Of a stretch of DNA of 64,000 nt, positions 7,540 through 17,137 are shown piece by piece. How positions within the stretch are numbered: position 1 is the first letter of the stretch; each line of letters begins with the position of its first letter. The position numbers were made by a program, and so were the translations under genes. The notes below the pieces were generated by a model that was not told the DNA's origin, searched no databases, and was given only the letters and a program-made list of their open reading frames with translations. The stretch is from a virus (lineage: Duplodnaviria; Heunggongvirae; Uroviricota; Caudoviricetes), in the IMG/VR virus record IMGVR_UViG_2919367315_000003, positions 94,134-158,133 of that record; one strand, given 5' to 3'.

Positions 7540-7718
7540 TGAGCAGAACTAAGACGATTAAATACATAAACGAAACTTCGGTTGATGAGATGATTGAGCA
7601 GGTAATAGCTAAAGATTCAGATATGGGTCGGGTTATTGGAGCAGCCAAGGAGAGCAGAACCGAATATGGACTAAAAGTTCAAGAATTCATTGATCGACTA
7701 AAAAATGTATCTGTGTAA
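7536..7718 (+). CDS. hypothetical protein
   Basis: ORF track. Confidence 0.3.
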   Translation: MMSRTKTIKYINETSVDEMIEQVIAKDSDMGRVIGAAKESRTEYGLKVQEFIDRLKNVSV

Positions 7719-7802
7719 AACCTGTATTTTACAATAAATAATAAAGGGGAGAGAAAAATAAAGGCATTTAGAGTATATTATGATACTGGTGGTAGATCGA
7801 AT

Positions 7803-7985
7803 ATGATTACGTTGTTAGTAGAAGACGAAACAAAGATAGAAGAAACATTGTCCAAGAAAGATAATAGTTATCGAATCGGAAATAGACATTGCAAAATTGG
7901 TCGCCTTGAAGAAATACCAATTTCAAACGTATTGGTTAATGATTTGTCCGTTACTGAGTTATTAATGCTACTGAAAAGCAACTAA
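7803..7985 (+). CDS. hypothetical protein
   Basis: ORF track. Confidence 0.3.
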   Translation: MITLLVEDETKIEETLSKKDNSYRIGNRHCKIGRLEEIPISNVLVNDLSVTELLMLLKSN

Positions 7986-8033
7986 TTCGTCTTATAAAAT
8001 AAAGAATTCATTGGGAAAGGATTTGTAGCAAGT

Positions 8034-8219
8034 ATGGAAAATAAAGCTTCACTTACTGATGATGAGTTATGTATTGTAATGCTGTCTTTGACTCTTACAA
8101 TTCAAACTCATGAAAAATACAAAATGAACCATGGCAAAGATGGGCTGGACATTGAAACAAAGAAAGCTTTGGCAGACTGTAGACAACTTTTTGACAGATT
8201 AAATAAAGAGCATTTCTAG
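8034..8219 (+). CDS. hypothetical protein
   Basis: ORF track. Confidence 0.3.
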   Translation: MENKASLTDDELCIVMLSLTLTIQTHEKYKMNHGKDGLDIETKKALADCRQLFDRLNKEHF

Positions 8220-8253
8220 TTTAGATCAAATTGATAATTTACATAAAGAGGCG

Positions 8254-8610
8254 ATGTGGATGAAAGTAAAAGCGAAATTGTTAGTAAAGGCTTATCATGA
8301 TTTAGATTACGAAGTGTCTGGTCTATATATAAAAGTGATATTTAAAGAACCGGGTAGATGGAGAAAAGTTAAATACAAGAAAACTTTGATTCGGCGCGAT
8401 TATCGAAACGATAATAGGTCTACTTTTCTTATGAAATGCTTTGATGTCGTTAGTGATACAACAAATTTGAAACAGGTTGGTGAGCGTACAGTGAAAGAAC
8501 ACTTTAAAGGGAAAACAGAGCTTGTCAATAATATATCCGATGAAAACAAGTTATTTGAAATTATCAAGAAGATTAAAAAAGAAGAAATTGAGATTGAAGT
8601 TGAAATCTGA
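8254..8610 (+). CDS. hypothetical protein
   Basis: ORF track; GAGG RBS. Confidence 0.4.
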   Translation: MWMKVKAKLLVKAYHDLDYEVSGLYIKVIFKEPGRWRKVKYKKTLIRRDYRNDNRSTFLMKCFDVVSDTTNLKQVGERTVKEHFKGKTELVNNISDENKLFEIIKKIKKEEIEIEVEI

Positions 8611-8629
8611 TGAACAAGGAGAATTAAGA

Positions 8630-8824
8630 GTGGATATAAAAGGACAATATATTGTTTTATTTAAAAGCCCTAAAGCTTCAAATAGTGTCGATCCTCCATT
8701 ATATAGTTTCATTGGGGAGTGTGATAATTTTACTCCAACAGGAGTGTGTGCATTTTCTAATCGGAACAACCAGATGCTCCTCGTGTCTTACAAAGAGACA
8801 GTTCAAATGAGATTGTGTGATTAA
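8630..8824 (+). CDS. hypothetical protein (start GTG 8630, internal start of track ORF 8522..8824)
   Basis: AAGGAG RBS 8616-8621. Confidence 0.3.
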   Translation: MDIKGQYIVLFKSPKASNSVDPPLYSFIGECDNFTPTGVCAFSNRNNQMLLVSYKETVQMRLCD

Positions 8825-8862
8825 TATAAAATCGATCTTTTAAGGGGAGGTAGGGTCTTATA

Positions 8863-9141
8863 ATGGTGAAAGTAATAGAAACAAACTTATCAATAGTAGA
8901 TGGTCAAATCCACGATTTTCAATCTAGAGTGATCGAAGTGTCTAACTGGGGAGATTTTGAGAATGAATTTATAGAAAATGTATCAGTTACACGAAAAGCT
9001 TGTGTGGGGAGTATGTTTGGAACAACAATTCCTCAAGGTGCTACAATCGAGAACTTAGAATGCAAAGACAATACTCTGAAATGTGATATCTATAGTTATT
9101 CTGACGTACATACTAAAAAGATTTGCTATTTAATACAATGA
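8863..9141 (+). CDS. hypothetical protein
   Basis: ORF track; GGGGAGG RBS. Confidence 0.4.
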   Translation: MVKVIETNLSIVDGQIHDFQSRVIEVSNWGDFENEFIENVSVTRKACVGSMFGTTIPQGATIENLECKDNTLKCDIYSYSDVHTKKICYLIQ

Positions 9142-9184
9142 AATCAGCATTTCATGATGATCGGGTATTGAAACGGAGGGCGTT

Positions 9185-9373
9185 ATGCCGACTAAGAAAA
9201 GTAATCATAAGCATGAATACGAATTGATTGAAGTCAAAGAAGGTAATTGGTTCACTCACGAAAAGAGATGTAAGATATGCGGTCACCTGTACACTCGTTT
9301 ACGTGTGGAGTGGGAAAATCAAGTTGAAAGTGAGTTTAAGGAATGTCTGGAGAGTATGCACTGTGATTATTGA
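9185..9373 (+). CDS. small Cys/His-rich protein (possible zinc-binding)
   Basis: ORF track; GGAGGG RBS; CKICGH ... CLESMHC. Confidence 0.35.
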   Translation: MPTKKSNHKHEYELIEVKEGNWFTHEKRCKICGHLYTRLRVEWENQVESEFKECLESMHCDY

Positions 9374-9523
9374 AAGATGTTTTAATTGACAAGGAATATG
9401 AAGTAAACCAACTCAAGCAAAAACCTGACAATGTAATATCACAAGGATGACACATCAAACTTATGATCTGAAATTTGCTATTGAACTACTAGAAGAATAT
9501 CAAGATTAATAGGAAGTGATTGA

Positions 9524-9760
9524 TTGAGAAAAACAAAATTGATCGTGGTGGTGGATGTCGAGATAGAAGACGGAAACTGTTCTCAGGATTTAGCAGACAT
9601 CTATCATCAAGCATTAAATACAGTGAATGAAACTTTTGTGTATGACTTTGTTCTCTATGAGCACGAGGAAGACAAAGAGACATTCAATGAACTTTTAGAT
9701 GAAATTAAAACAGATTTTCAGTATGGAGACTTTAGAGAATTCGGCAAGATTGTAAAATGA
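9524..9760 (+). CDS. hypothetical acidic protein
   Basis: ORF track (TTG start). Confidence 0.35.
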   Translation: MRKTKLIVVVDVEIEDGNCSQDLADIYHQALNTVNETFVYDFVLYEHEEDKETFNELLDEIKTDFQYGDFREFGKIVK

Positions 9761-9789
9761 AACTTTTACACTGAAAGGGGAATGTACAA

Positions 9790-10299
9790 ATGAAGAGTAT
9801 TATAAAGGCAAGAACTACTAAGAAAATTTATTATATGGAGAGAAGTCAGCCTTTAAATTGGTGGGGTTATTCTATTGGGAGCGGCGACTTTAAATATAAT
9901 GATAAATCGGATAATGATGGTCGTTTAGGATTTAAAAAGACAAAAGATTTAGAACTCGTTACACTTAAAGAAACAGACCAGTTCCATAGGCTATTAGTCA
10001 AGGGTGAAAGTATAAGTATTGAGGGAAATCATTATGAAATAGCAGAGGTTGTCCATGGGGTTGACGGGATAATGGAGTATTGGGTAGATGTTGAATATGA
10101 CGATGAGAAGAGTAGAGATAAGGCATTGAAAGAAATCGAATTAAGAGAGGCTTTTCTTGAAGGCAGAAAAGTAGAAAGTGAAAAAGTTAAACTGATAAAT
10201 ACAGATCATATAGTATCATCGGTACTGCACGAAGAGGCTACTGTCTCAAAAAAGACACGAAAAATTTTAAATAAACTTAAGAAAGCGAGATCAAAATAA
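9790..10299 (+). CDS. hypothetical protein
   Basis: ORF track; GAAAGGGGA RBS. Confidence 0.45.
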   Translation: MKSIIKARTTKKIYYMERSQPLNWWGYSIGSGDFKYNDKSDNDGRLGFKKTKDLELVTLKETDQFHRLLVKGESISIEGNHYEIAEVVHGVDGIMEYWVDVEYDDEKSRDKALKEIELREAFLEGRKVESEKVKLINTDHIVSSVLHEEATVSKKTRKILNKLKKARSK

Positions 10300-10301
10300 T
10301 A

Positions 10302-10574
10302 ATGAGTCTAACAGCAATTGAGCGTGAAACAGTATGTGTCTGTAACGATGAAACAAATGAGTGGGAAGTGTATAGTTGCTCACCTAAGACTATTACAAAA
10401 ATCAAAAAGGCTGGCTTAGAGCTGCTTCGTGTAGATAGTGATGGTGGTCACTACTTTAAGGGTGATTACGGACAGGTATCATTTCGTGCTAAGAGTAATG
10501 GACGTAACTGGACACCTGAACAGAGACAGGCTGCTGCTAATAGAATGAGAGCAATAGCAACTAAAAATACATAG
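10302..10574 (+). CDS. hypothetical protein
   Basis: ORF track. Confidence 0.4.
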   Translation: MSLTAIERETVCVCNDETNEWEVYSCSPKTITKIKKAGLELLRVDSDGGHYFKGDYGQVSFRAKSNGRNWTPEQRQAAANRMRAIATKNT

Positions 10575-10588
10575 GAAGTGAAGATTAA

Positions 10589-11083
10589 TTGAAAAAATTA
10601 AAAGAGATCGTGTTTGGTTTTGAAAATTGTGAATCTTTATCAGTTGATGCTAAATATATAGGAAATTTTAGCGTCACCAATGTTAGAAAAAGCATTATTC
10701 GACATTACGGCGACATTAGATTTATGGATATCTGCGACACTTTTTCAATTGTTGTTAATAAAAATGCAAATACAGACTATAAAGTGTCTGTTGTAGAAGG
10801 TAATAGCTATAAACAAAACACCTTTGATCGTCTTACTAATGGCGATATTGTTGTTATCGATATTGTGTATGATGATGACTCAAAGGATGAAATTTATGTT
10901 CAGTGGGAAGGTAAAAGCGACTATTTAAACGAAGCTCAAAAAACATACATAAGTAAGCTCGGAGATTTATTTATAGTTATATCCAAGGAAGAAACAGTAG
11001 AGTCGTTTTTTGAAGATTGGGGAATTGATAGTCAAGACGGATACATGGATTTAATGTGGAGATCCAATCATATAACTTTATAA
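10589..11083 (+). CDS. hypothetical protein
   Basis: ORF track (TTG start, GGAAGTG RBS). Confidence 0.45.
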   Translation: MKKLKEIVFGFENCESLSVDAKYIGNFSVTNVRKSIIRHYGDIRFMDICDTFSIVVNKNANTDYKVSVVEGNSYKQNTFDRLTNGDIVVIDIVYDDDSKDEIYVQWEGKSDYLNEAQKTYISKLGDLFIVISKEETVESFFEDWGIDSQDGYMDLMWRSNHITL

Positions 11084-11115
11084 AATAAGAATTTTACTCA
11101 GAAAGGAAGTAGTGA

Positions 11116-11826
11116 ATGAATCTATTTAGAAAAGTGCTGAAGTATTTTAAACGCATAGAAATTATCGATGAAGATACTATGCATAGTAATAGAATTGAGT
11201 CTGTGGAAAGTGAACTAGAACGACAATACAATATTTTTGAACTTCTACTTCCAAAAGAATTTATTTTAGATTTTAGAAACAAATCATACATATCTGGTGG
11301 ATGCATTTATAGTTTATACCATGGGGATGAACCCAAAGATTTTGACTTCTTTTTATCGTCTAAAGAATTAGCAGAAAAACTCAAAACGTACTTTATGGAT
11401 CAAGCAGGATATAATGGCTCAGATATCAGTGGTGGAACTTATAAAGGATTGCCATTAGTAATTACTAAAAACGCTATCTCAATCGGCAAGTTTCAAATCA
11501 TTACTCAATGGATCGGTGAGCCAGAAGATGTTGTTGGGGAGTTTGATTTCAAGCACAATCAATTCTATTACCGAAATGGAGCTATCGATGTTGCAGTGTT
11601 GAGTGATTGGTCTTATCTCAAGGGAAATAAGCTTTCATATAATGAACATCGAGCAAGGGATATTGTCGGTACGATTCTTAGAACACCTAAATTCATTGGA
11701 CGTGGAATGACGATCACTCAACGGGAAATGGCAAAGGTGCTATTGAGATTAAATGAGGTTGGATTTAGTGATAAAGAGGTTGAACAGTTAGAGAGTATTG
11801 ATGTAGATAGACATTTTAGCTCATAG
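11116..11826 (+). CDS. nucleotidyltransferase-fold protein (Pol-beta superfamily signature GG-x12-DFD)
   Basis: ISGGCIYSLYHGDEPKDFDFFL fits G[SG]x9-13Dx[DE]; AAAGGAAG RBS. Confidence 0.4.
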   Translation: MNLFRKVLKYFKRIEIIDEDTMHSNRIESVESELERQYNIFELLLPKEFILDFRNKSYISGGCIYSLYHGDEPKDFDFFLSSKELAEKLKTYFMDQAGYNGSDISGGTYKGLPLVITKNAISIGKFQIITQWIGEPEDVVGEFDFKHNQFYYRNGAIDVAVLSDWSYLKGNKLSYNEHRARDIVGTILRTPKFIGRGMTITQREMAKVLLRLNEVGFSDKEVEQLESIDVDRHFSS

Positions 11827-11858
11827 GGTCATGATTTTACAAGCAAAGGAGTGGTCAA

Positions 11859-12044
11859 TTGAAGCAAATTGTTCTCAACATTGATGAAAATGATCGCGTT
11901 ATTTTAGAAGCTGAGGGCTTTAGTGATTCACTAGAAGATTTAGAAGAGATTTTCTATATATTGTCCAGTGGAACCCGGATGGTAGCAACAAAAGTTGAAG
12001 AGATGAAGTCTGAAGATGGGGGAGTAGTAAAATGCGGAAAGTAG
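11859..12044 (+). CDS. hypothetical protein
   Basis: ORF track (TTG start); AAGGAG RBS. Confidence 0.3.
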   Translation: MKQIVLNIDENDRVILEAEGFSDSLEDLEEIFYILSSGTRMVATKVEEMKSEDGGVVKCGK

Positions 12045-12202
12045 AGATTAAAGGATACATAATTTTCGACGAAGAAGAATTGAATCATGGTAATGACATT
12101 ATCGGTCAAATTGACCATGAACTATTTAATTTAGATGGAATTGTTGAATGGAAATTAGAAGAAGAACTAAACGAAGAAATTGATTACAAAAAAGAAGACT
12201 AG
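12032..12202 (+). CDS. small hypothetical acidic protein (56 aa)
   Basis: GGGGGAG RBS; overlaps previous stop; not in track. Confidence 0.25.
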   Translation: MRKVEIKGYIIFDEEELNHGNDIIGQIDHELFNLDGIVEWKLEEELNEEIDYKKED

Positions 12203-12235
12203 ATTTTGATCAAATCGCAATTTTATAGAATAAAA

Positions 12236-12270
12236 AACCACTGGAAGGATGATGCCCTCAGCCAGTGGTT
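12236..12270 (-). terminator. hairpin AACCACTGG/CCAGTGGTT with A-run on plus side (T-run on minus strand): intrinsic terminator oriented for minus-strand transcripts
   Basis: 9-bp perfect stem, 17-nt loop; U-tract only in minus orientation. Confidence 0.3.
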
Positions 12271-12349
12271 AGTACGATTATCCAATCGCTCTTTAATATT
12301 ACATGATTGTCGACTAAATTAAAAGACAATTAAAAAGGAGAGCGTTATT

Positions 12350-13243
12350 ATGTCAAAAGAAAAAAATATTGGAGCCGATCTGCACGAAATGTTGTTAAAA
12401 AGTAAGGAGCAAAGAGATAAAAATAGCAACCAAGAGCATGTGCTTGAAAAAGTGAAACGGCTATCCCTCTTACCTGATGACATTAATGCAACTATTGAGA
12501 TGGTAGCTAATTATTTTGAAGTAGACAAGGAAGCAATACATAGCTGCATAAAAGATAATCGCAAGGAATTGAGGTCAGATGGATTAAAAATACTTCGTGG
12601 AAAAGAATTAAGAGAATTTGTGATGTCCTTTAAGGACATGGCAAATTATGTAAATAGTAAAACAAGATCACTGACTATTGTCCCAAGAAGAGCCATGTTA
12701 AGAATGGGACAACTTCTCAGAGATTCAGTGATTGCAATAGAAATTCGAAATTATTTATTAGACGTAGAACAGGAAAGTCATGATGTTTCTCTCTTTTTAA
12801 CTGAATTAGATCGCAATGAGGAGAGAGATTCAACTAGACAGGGGAATAGTGAAATCAAACTTATTCTTAAGAATAAAGTTGGTGCAAGCAGTCCCAAACA
12901 TTATTCTGCTTTTTTTCTAAAAGGATATGAGGGTAGCTACAATGTTAGTAGCATAAAAGAATACAATGCACTTAAAGGTCTGCATGAAAACGCAAAGCCA
13001 TTGGATCACATGGATTCTTTGGAGCTTGCAACATACAGATTTAGAGTAGAGATGACTAAAGAGAGAATTGAAAGCGGCGATATTAGTGAATTACCAGTAG
13101 CAAATGAAATACATAAAAATATAGGAAAAAATGTGGCTGACTTAGTTGAAAGTGTCACAGGTAAGACTTTAGCTTCATTACCAATAATAAATCCCACCAA
13201 AAAACTTAAGAATTCTAATGACGACCATGATGAAGTTCGATAA
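12350..13243 (+). CDS. hypothetical protein (possible antirepressor/DNA-binding regulator-like)
   Basis: ORF track; AAAGGAGAG RBS. Confidence 0.45.
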   Translation: MSKEKNIGADLHEMLLKSKEQRDKNSNQEHVLEKVKRLSLLPDDINATIEMVANYFEVDKEAIHSCIKDNRKELRSDGLKILRGKELREFVMSFKDMANYVNSKTRSLTIVPRRAMLRMGQLLRDSVIAIEIRNYLLDVEQESHDVSLFLTELDRNEERDSTRQGNSEIKLILKNKVGASSPKHYSAFFLKGYEGSYNVSSIKEYNALKGLHENAKPLDHMDSLELATYRFRVEMTKERIESGDISELPVANEIHKNIGKNVADLVESVTGKTLASLPIINPTKKLKNSNDDHDEVR

Positions 13244-13274
13244 AAGAGGACTTTCACAGAGAAGGGATGATTAA

Positions 13275-13553
13275 ATGAGTAAATATAAATTTGTGATGTG
13301 GGATTGGGATGCTGGAGGGTACGAGATCATTCCAAAAGAAGATTTAATCGAAGCTCTCTATTATGCTTGGAACTACAAATGCAGTGTTTATACAGTAGAT
13401 GGCAAAGTATGGATTTTTTCACCTATGGACGATAATGAATTTAATTCGGATTTACTAAAAGATTATGGGTTGCGTATTATTGATGGAGAAAAATCAAGAA
13501 ACTTTCAAAATATCAAAACAGGTGAAGTATTTAATGCGCCATGGGAATCTTAA
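13275..13553 (+). CDS. hypothetical protein
   Basis: ORF track; GAAGGGATGA RBS. Confidence 0.4.
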   Translation: MSKYKFVMWDWDAGGYEIIPKEDLIEALYYAWNYKCSVYTVDGKVWIFSPMDDNEFNSDLLKDYGLRIIDGEKSRNFQNIKTGEVFNAPWES

Positions 13554-13611
13554 TCAAATGTAAATTTTACTTAGAGGAGGAATTGAAATTAGTAAGCAGT
13601 TTAGAATTGAA

Positions 13612-14511
13612 TTGACCTTAGACGAACTTGAAGTACTTGATGGCAAAGTATCAGATGAAGCGCAGAAAGTAATCGATGAAGCTAAAAAAGAGTGCTCATA
13701 TGGATTTGAAATGCCCATAATGAATGAAATTATTAAGACATCCGAAAAAACTGGTACATTAAAATGGACGCATAAATCAATTAGATCGTGTAACTACTGT
13801 AATAAAAATTATGATTACCATACATATTCAAGGAACAGCAGAAACCATACAAAAGGCGACAAAAATTATGATAAGCCTATCTATTATAGTGGTATAAAGT
13901 TTAATGAAGGGTTTGTAACATTTCAAGGTGATGGTGATATGTGTTTAGAATGCTGCACGAAACACAAAGTAAAGGAACGATTGATTGACTATATTATAGA
14001 TAATGATTTGAAAATACAGATTGTGAAGAATGATTATAGAGTCAGTAAATATTTAAAAGACGACATTAGAACTTGCTACAGTTGCAATGAGGATATGCTA
14101 GAATCTCAAATGGGTAAAGAGCGAACAATGATGGGTGATGGATTCTATCCGTCTAAATGTCCTCATTGTGGTGCTGAATCAAAGCCTTTTGGCAAAAGTC
14201 ATGGAGTAACAAATAGATTTGGAATGATTAAAAACCCTTCAGCTAAAGAAGAAGTTCAAAAAACAAAAGAGTTGGTTGATGCATATAACCAAAACAAAGA
14301 CAAAAATGATCATCTCTATTTTTACCAAAACAGCCATACAGACAGTATATTTGGTGTCAATGAAGAAAAATGGACGAATGGATACACGAAAGTTATTCAA
14401 TTTAACATCAATTCTAAAAAGTTCACGGTAGGATATTTTTATAAAGAGAAGTGTCAGCAATTTAAAGAATTGTTAACTAGTTTTGGCTACATAGAAGTAG
14501 AAGATAAGTAA
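13612..14511 (+). CDS. Cys-rich protein with four CxxC pairs (zinc-ribbon containing)
   Basis: CNYC, CLECC, CYSC, CPHC motifs. Confidence 0.45.
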   Translation: MTLDELEVLDGKVSDEAQKVIDEAKKECSYGFEMPIMNEIIKTSEKTGTLKWTHKSIRSCNYCNKNYDYHTYSRNSRNHTKGDKNYDKPIYYSGIKFNEGFVTFQGDGDMCLECCTKHKVKERLIDYIIDNDLKIQIVKNDYRVSKYLKDDIRTCYSCNEDMLESQMGKERTMMGDGFYPSKCPHCGAESKPFGKSHGVTNRFGMIKNPSAKEEVQKTKELVDAYNQNKDKNDHLYFYQNSHTDSIFGVNEEKWTNGYTKVIQFNINSKKFTVGYFYKEKCQQFKELLTSFGYIEVEDK

Positions 14512-14557
14512 GTAAAACATAGATTTTACCATAATACATACAAAAGGATGATAAAGT

Positions 14558-15070
14558 ATGAGTAAGTTATATGAGCTTGGGGAGCAGTATAGAGTATTTA
14601 ACAATTTTGTAGATTCTGCGTGGGACAATGACGATTTAACGGAAGATGATTTGCAACTGTACATTGAGACACTAGAGTCTATTGAAGATGAGATTAGTAA
14701 TAAGGCAGAGAATATCGCTAAGTTCATGAAAAACATCGAGGGAGATATCAAAGCCTTAAAAGAAGAAGAGGATCGTTTGGCTAAAAAACGCAAATACCTT
14801 CAGAACAAAGTAGAAGGATTAAAGAGCTACACTCAAGCTGTGCTAGAAGTAAATAAAATTGACAAGATAGACGCAGGTCTATTTAAAGTTAGACTACAAA
14901 AGAATCCTCCATCCATTAATATTGTGAGTGAAAAAGCTATTCCAAATACATATAGAGTCCCACAACCCGATAAGATTGATACCAAGGGGTTATTGGCTGC
15001 CGTAAAACAGGGTGAAGTTGTTGACGGTGTTGAATTAGTGACGGACAAAAAACATTTGCGTATTAGTTAG
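14558..15070 (+). CDS. Sipho_Gp157-like protein
   Basis: N-terminal MSKLYELGEQY..L..TLESIEDEI...AENIAKFMKNIE...LKEEEDRLAKKRK pattern typical of the Gp157 family. Confidence 0.45.
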   Translation: MSKLYELGEQYRVFNNFVDSAWDNDDLTEDDLQLYIETLESIEDEISNKAENIAKFMKNIEGDIKALKEEEDRLAKKRKYLQNKVEGLKSYTQAVLEVNKIDKIDAGLFKVRLQKNPPSINIVSEKAIPNTYRVPQPDKIDTKGLLAAVKQGEVVDGVELVTDKKHLRIS

Positions 15071-15074
15071 TGCA

Positions 15075-15104
15075 AAGCCTCCTATTTTGGAGGTTTTTTA
15101 TTTT
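15075..15104 (+). terminator. rho-independent terminator AAGCCTCC-tatttt-GGAGGTTT + T-run
   Basis: sequence inspection. Confidence 0.65.
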
Positions 15105-15229
15105 AATAAACAAAAATAATGAAATCTATTGATAAACGATGAGGCGGATGCTATAATTGATTTATGGAAAAATACATACTTTAAAAGAGTTCTTTTATTA
15201 AGATTACATAGATTGGAGAGCAATGAAAA

Positions 15230-15430
15230 ATGAAATTTATTATTGTTGGTGATATTGGCGTAACTAAGGTTTGTGAAATAGTTGATGCTGAATCTGTTGT
15301 AATGCGAGTTCAACAAGTGAAGAATGCTAAATTTGGAAACTTTAAAGTTTATCGAATTGCCGAAGAAGTAGATATAACAGTTGCTTACCCCGATTATTTT
15401 GGTGGAGACGATACTGGTGGATGTAGATAA
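15230..15430 (+). CDS. hypothetical protein
   Basis: ORF track. Confidence 0.3.
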   Translation: MKFIIVGDIGVTKVCEIVDAESVVMRVQQVKNAKFGNFKVYRIAEEVDITVAYPDYFGGDDTGGCR

Positions 15431-15458
15431 AAGGTCTGTTTTATCTGGAGGAATGTTA

Positions 15459-15686
15459 GTGGAACTATCAGAGATAAAAGATAGAATGAAAAAGTGTTGT
15501 GTTGAGGAATTAATAAATACATACAATTTAGACAGTGAAGTAGCTAAAAATATTCTGAATAACTCATCATGGAATGAACTTGTTGACGAAAGTGATTGCG
15601 AAGAATTGAGATGGATCGGTCATTACCCTTTCGAATATTGGGCTAAATATGTATGGAATGAACACAGGGAGGTAATCAATGATTAA
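15459..15686 (+). CDS. hypothetical protein (GTG start behind GGAGG; track ORF 15381..15686)
   Basis: RBS spacing. Confidence 0.3.
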   Translation: MELSEIKDRMKKCCVEELINTYNLDSEVAKNILNNSSWNELVDESDCEELRWIGHYPFEYWAKYVWNEHREVIND

Positions 15687-16128
15687 AATCGTCGAAGGAA
15701 ATTTGCTTGATGCAACTGAAGATATTATTGGACACCAAACGAACACTAAAGGTGTATGGGGATCAGGAGTTGCTAAAGCAATAAAAGATAAATATCCAAG
15801 TACATACCCTGCTTACCGCGATCTTTGTCATGAGTACGGAGATAAGTTGCTTGGTAGCTGTTGGACAATTAAAGCGAATGAAAATAAGTTTATAGCTAAT
15901 TTGTTTGGTCAAACAAACTATGGGAGAGACAAGAATAAGGTATATACATATTATGACGCTTTGAAGTTAAGTTTGGAAATCTTAAAAACCAGAGCTGAGA
16001 GATTCGGATATTCGGTGGCTTTACCATACAATATTGGCTGCGGATTAGCTAATGGAGACTGGGATATTGTATATGAGATTATTGATACAGTGTTTAGTGA
16101 TTATAAAGTAACACTCTACAGAATGTGA
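15679..16128 (+). CDS. macro-domain protein (ADP-ribose binding / O-acetyl-ADP-ribose deacetylase-like)
   Basis: IVEGNLLDATEDIIGHQTNTKGVWGSGVAKAI matches macro N-terminal G-D-I-t...ai.N.aN..l..G.GVa.AI signature. Confidence 0.55.
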   Translation: MIKIVEGNLLDATEDIIGHQTNTKGVWGSGVAKAIKDKYPSTYPAYRDLCHEYGDKLLGSCWTIKANENKFIANLFGQTNYGRDKNKVYTYYDALKLSLEILKTRAERFGYSVALPYNIGCGLANGDWDIVYEIIDTVFSDYKVTLYRM

Positions 16129-16140
16129 GGAGAATGTAAA

Positions 16141-16329
16141 TTGAAGATTATTTGTGAGGATAATTTTGGTAGGGAAAGTGTTAGTGATTCTCTAGTATGT
16201 GGAAATGTAAGTCAATACTATGGTGTAGCTTTTGTTAAATTTTTGAATGAAAATTTTTCAGGAGATCATAGTTTCAATTTTTACAGGCTCGTAGAAGATG
16301 AATATGAGCTTTATAAATGGGAGCCGTAA
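16141..16329 (+). CDS. hypothetical protein
   Basis: ORF track (TTG start, GAGGAG RBS). Confidence 0.3.
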   Translation: MKIICEDNFGRESVSDSLVCGNVSQYYGVAFVKFLNENFSGDHSFNFYRLVEDEYELYKWEP

Positions 16330-16332
16330 AAT

Positions 16333-16518
16333 ATGCCATATATAAAAAAAGACGACTTTAAGCAGTTGTGTCATTACTTCTTCGTACAAGGATGTAATGC
16401 TGGTTATGGAATAGATGTCTCAGAAACTTTGTGGAAACAGGAAGAAGAGGCGTTTAGGTCGATATATGAAGATTATTTACTGAATTTTGACTCCAAGAAG
16501 GAGGAAATTGATGTATAA
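16333..16518 (+). CDS. hypothetical protein
   Basis: ORF track. Confidence 0.3.
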   Translation: MPYIKKDDFKQLCHYFFVQGCNAGYGIDVSETLWKQEEEAFRSIYEDYLLNFDSKKEEIDV

Positions 16519-16756
16519 GAAGTATTGGAACGAAGATGGTAAACGATACATGATAAAAATTGATGAAGTCAGAGTTAATACGAGTAGAGAAAATGGGATG
16601 ACTTACTACAAACTTGTTCAAAAACTAAAAATATTTCAAAAAAAGAAATACTTCTTGGGTTGGAAGTGTATTTATTTAAATCAATGGGACGAAGAAATTG
16701 GTGTAAATTTAATTAAAAGAATACGTGAGAGCACTAACGATTGTTTTGGTAAATAA
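16511..16756 (+). CDS. hypothetical protein (ATG 16511 behind AAGGAGG)
   Basis: track ORF 16487..16756 trimmed to RBS-supported start. Confidence 0.35.
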   Translation: MYKKYWNEDGKRYMIKIDEVRVNTSRENGMTYYKLVQKLKIFQKKKYFLGWKCIYLNQWDEEIGVNLIKRIRESTNDCFGK

Positions 16757-16771
16757 AGGAGAGAAAATTTT

Positions 16772-17137
16772 ATGACTATAAGTGTGCCAATTGAAATTAT
16801 TAAAAACAATAAAACTCAAGAATTTGTTGAGTTGCAATTAGTACATGAACGTTTAGACAATGAATTGAAAAGATGCGCTATTAAGCTGGAAGAATTATAT
16901 ATCGAACTTAAAAGGATAATAAGTCCAACTGATCGTTACGGTCATTCATATACTTACAATTATGAGTACTTTAAAAAACGTCAAGCGTGGAGAGAGGCGT
17001 TGGTTATGCAAGATGCGATTAATGAAGTGGTGAACGTCGAAGGAGAAATTCAAGAAGTAAACGCAGCATACATAGAAGTTAGGGAGAAACTTAGAGTTAT
17101 TTATAGAAAATGTGGTATGACAGATGTGGTTATTTAA
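16772..17137 (+). CDS. hypothetical coiled-coil protein
   Basis: ORF track; AAGGAGAG RBS. Confidence 0.45.
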   Translation: MTISVPIEIIKNNKTQEFVELQLVHERLDNELKRCAIKLEELYIELKRIISPTDRYGHSYTYNYEYFKKRQAWREALVMQDAINEVVNVEGEIQEVNAAYIEVREKLRVIYRKCGMTDVVI

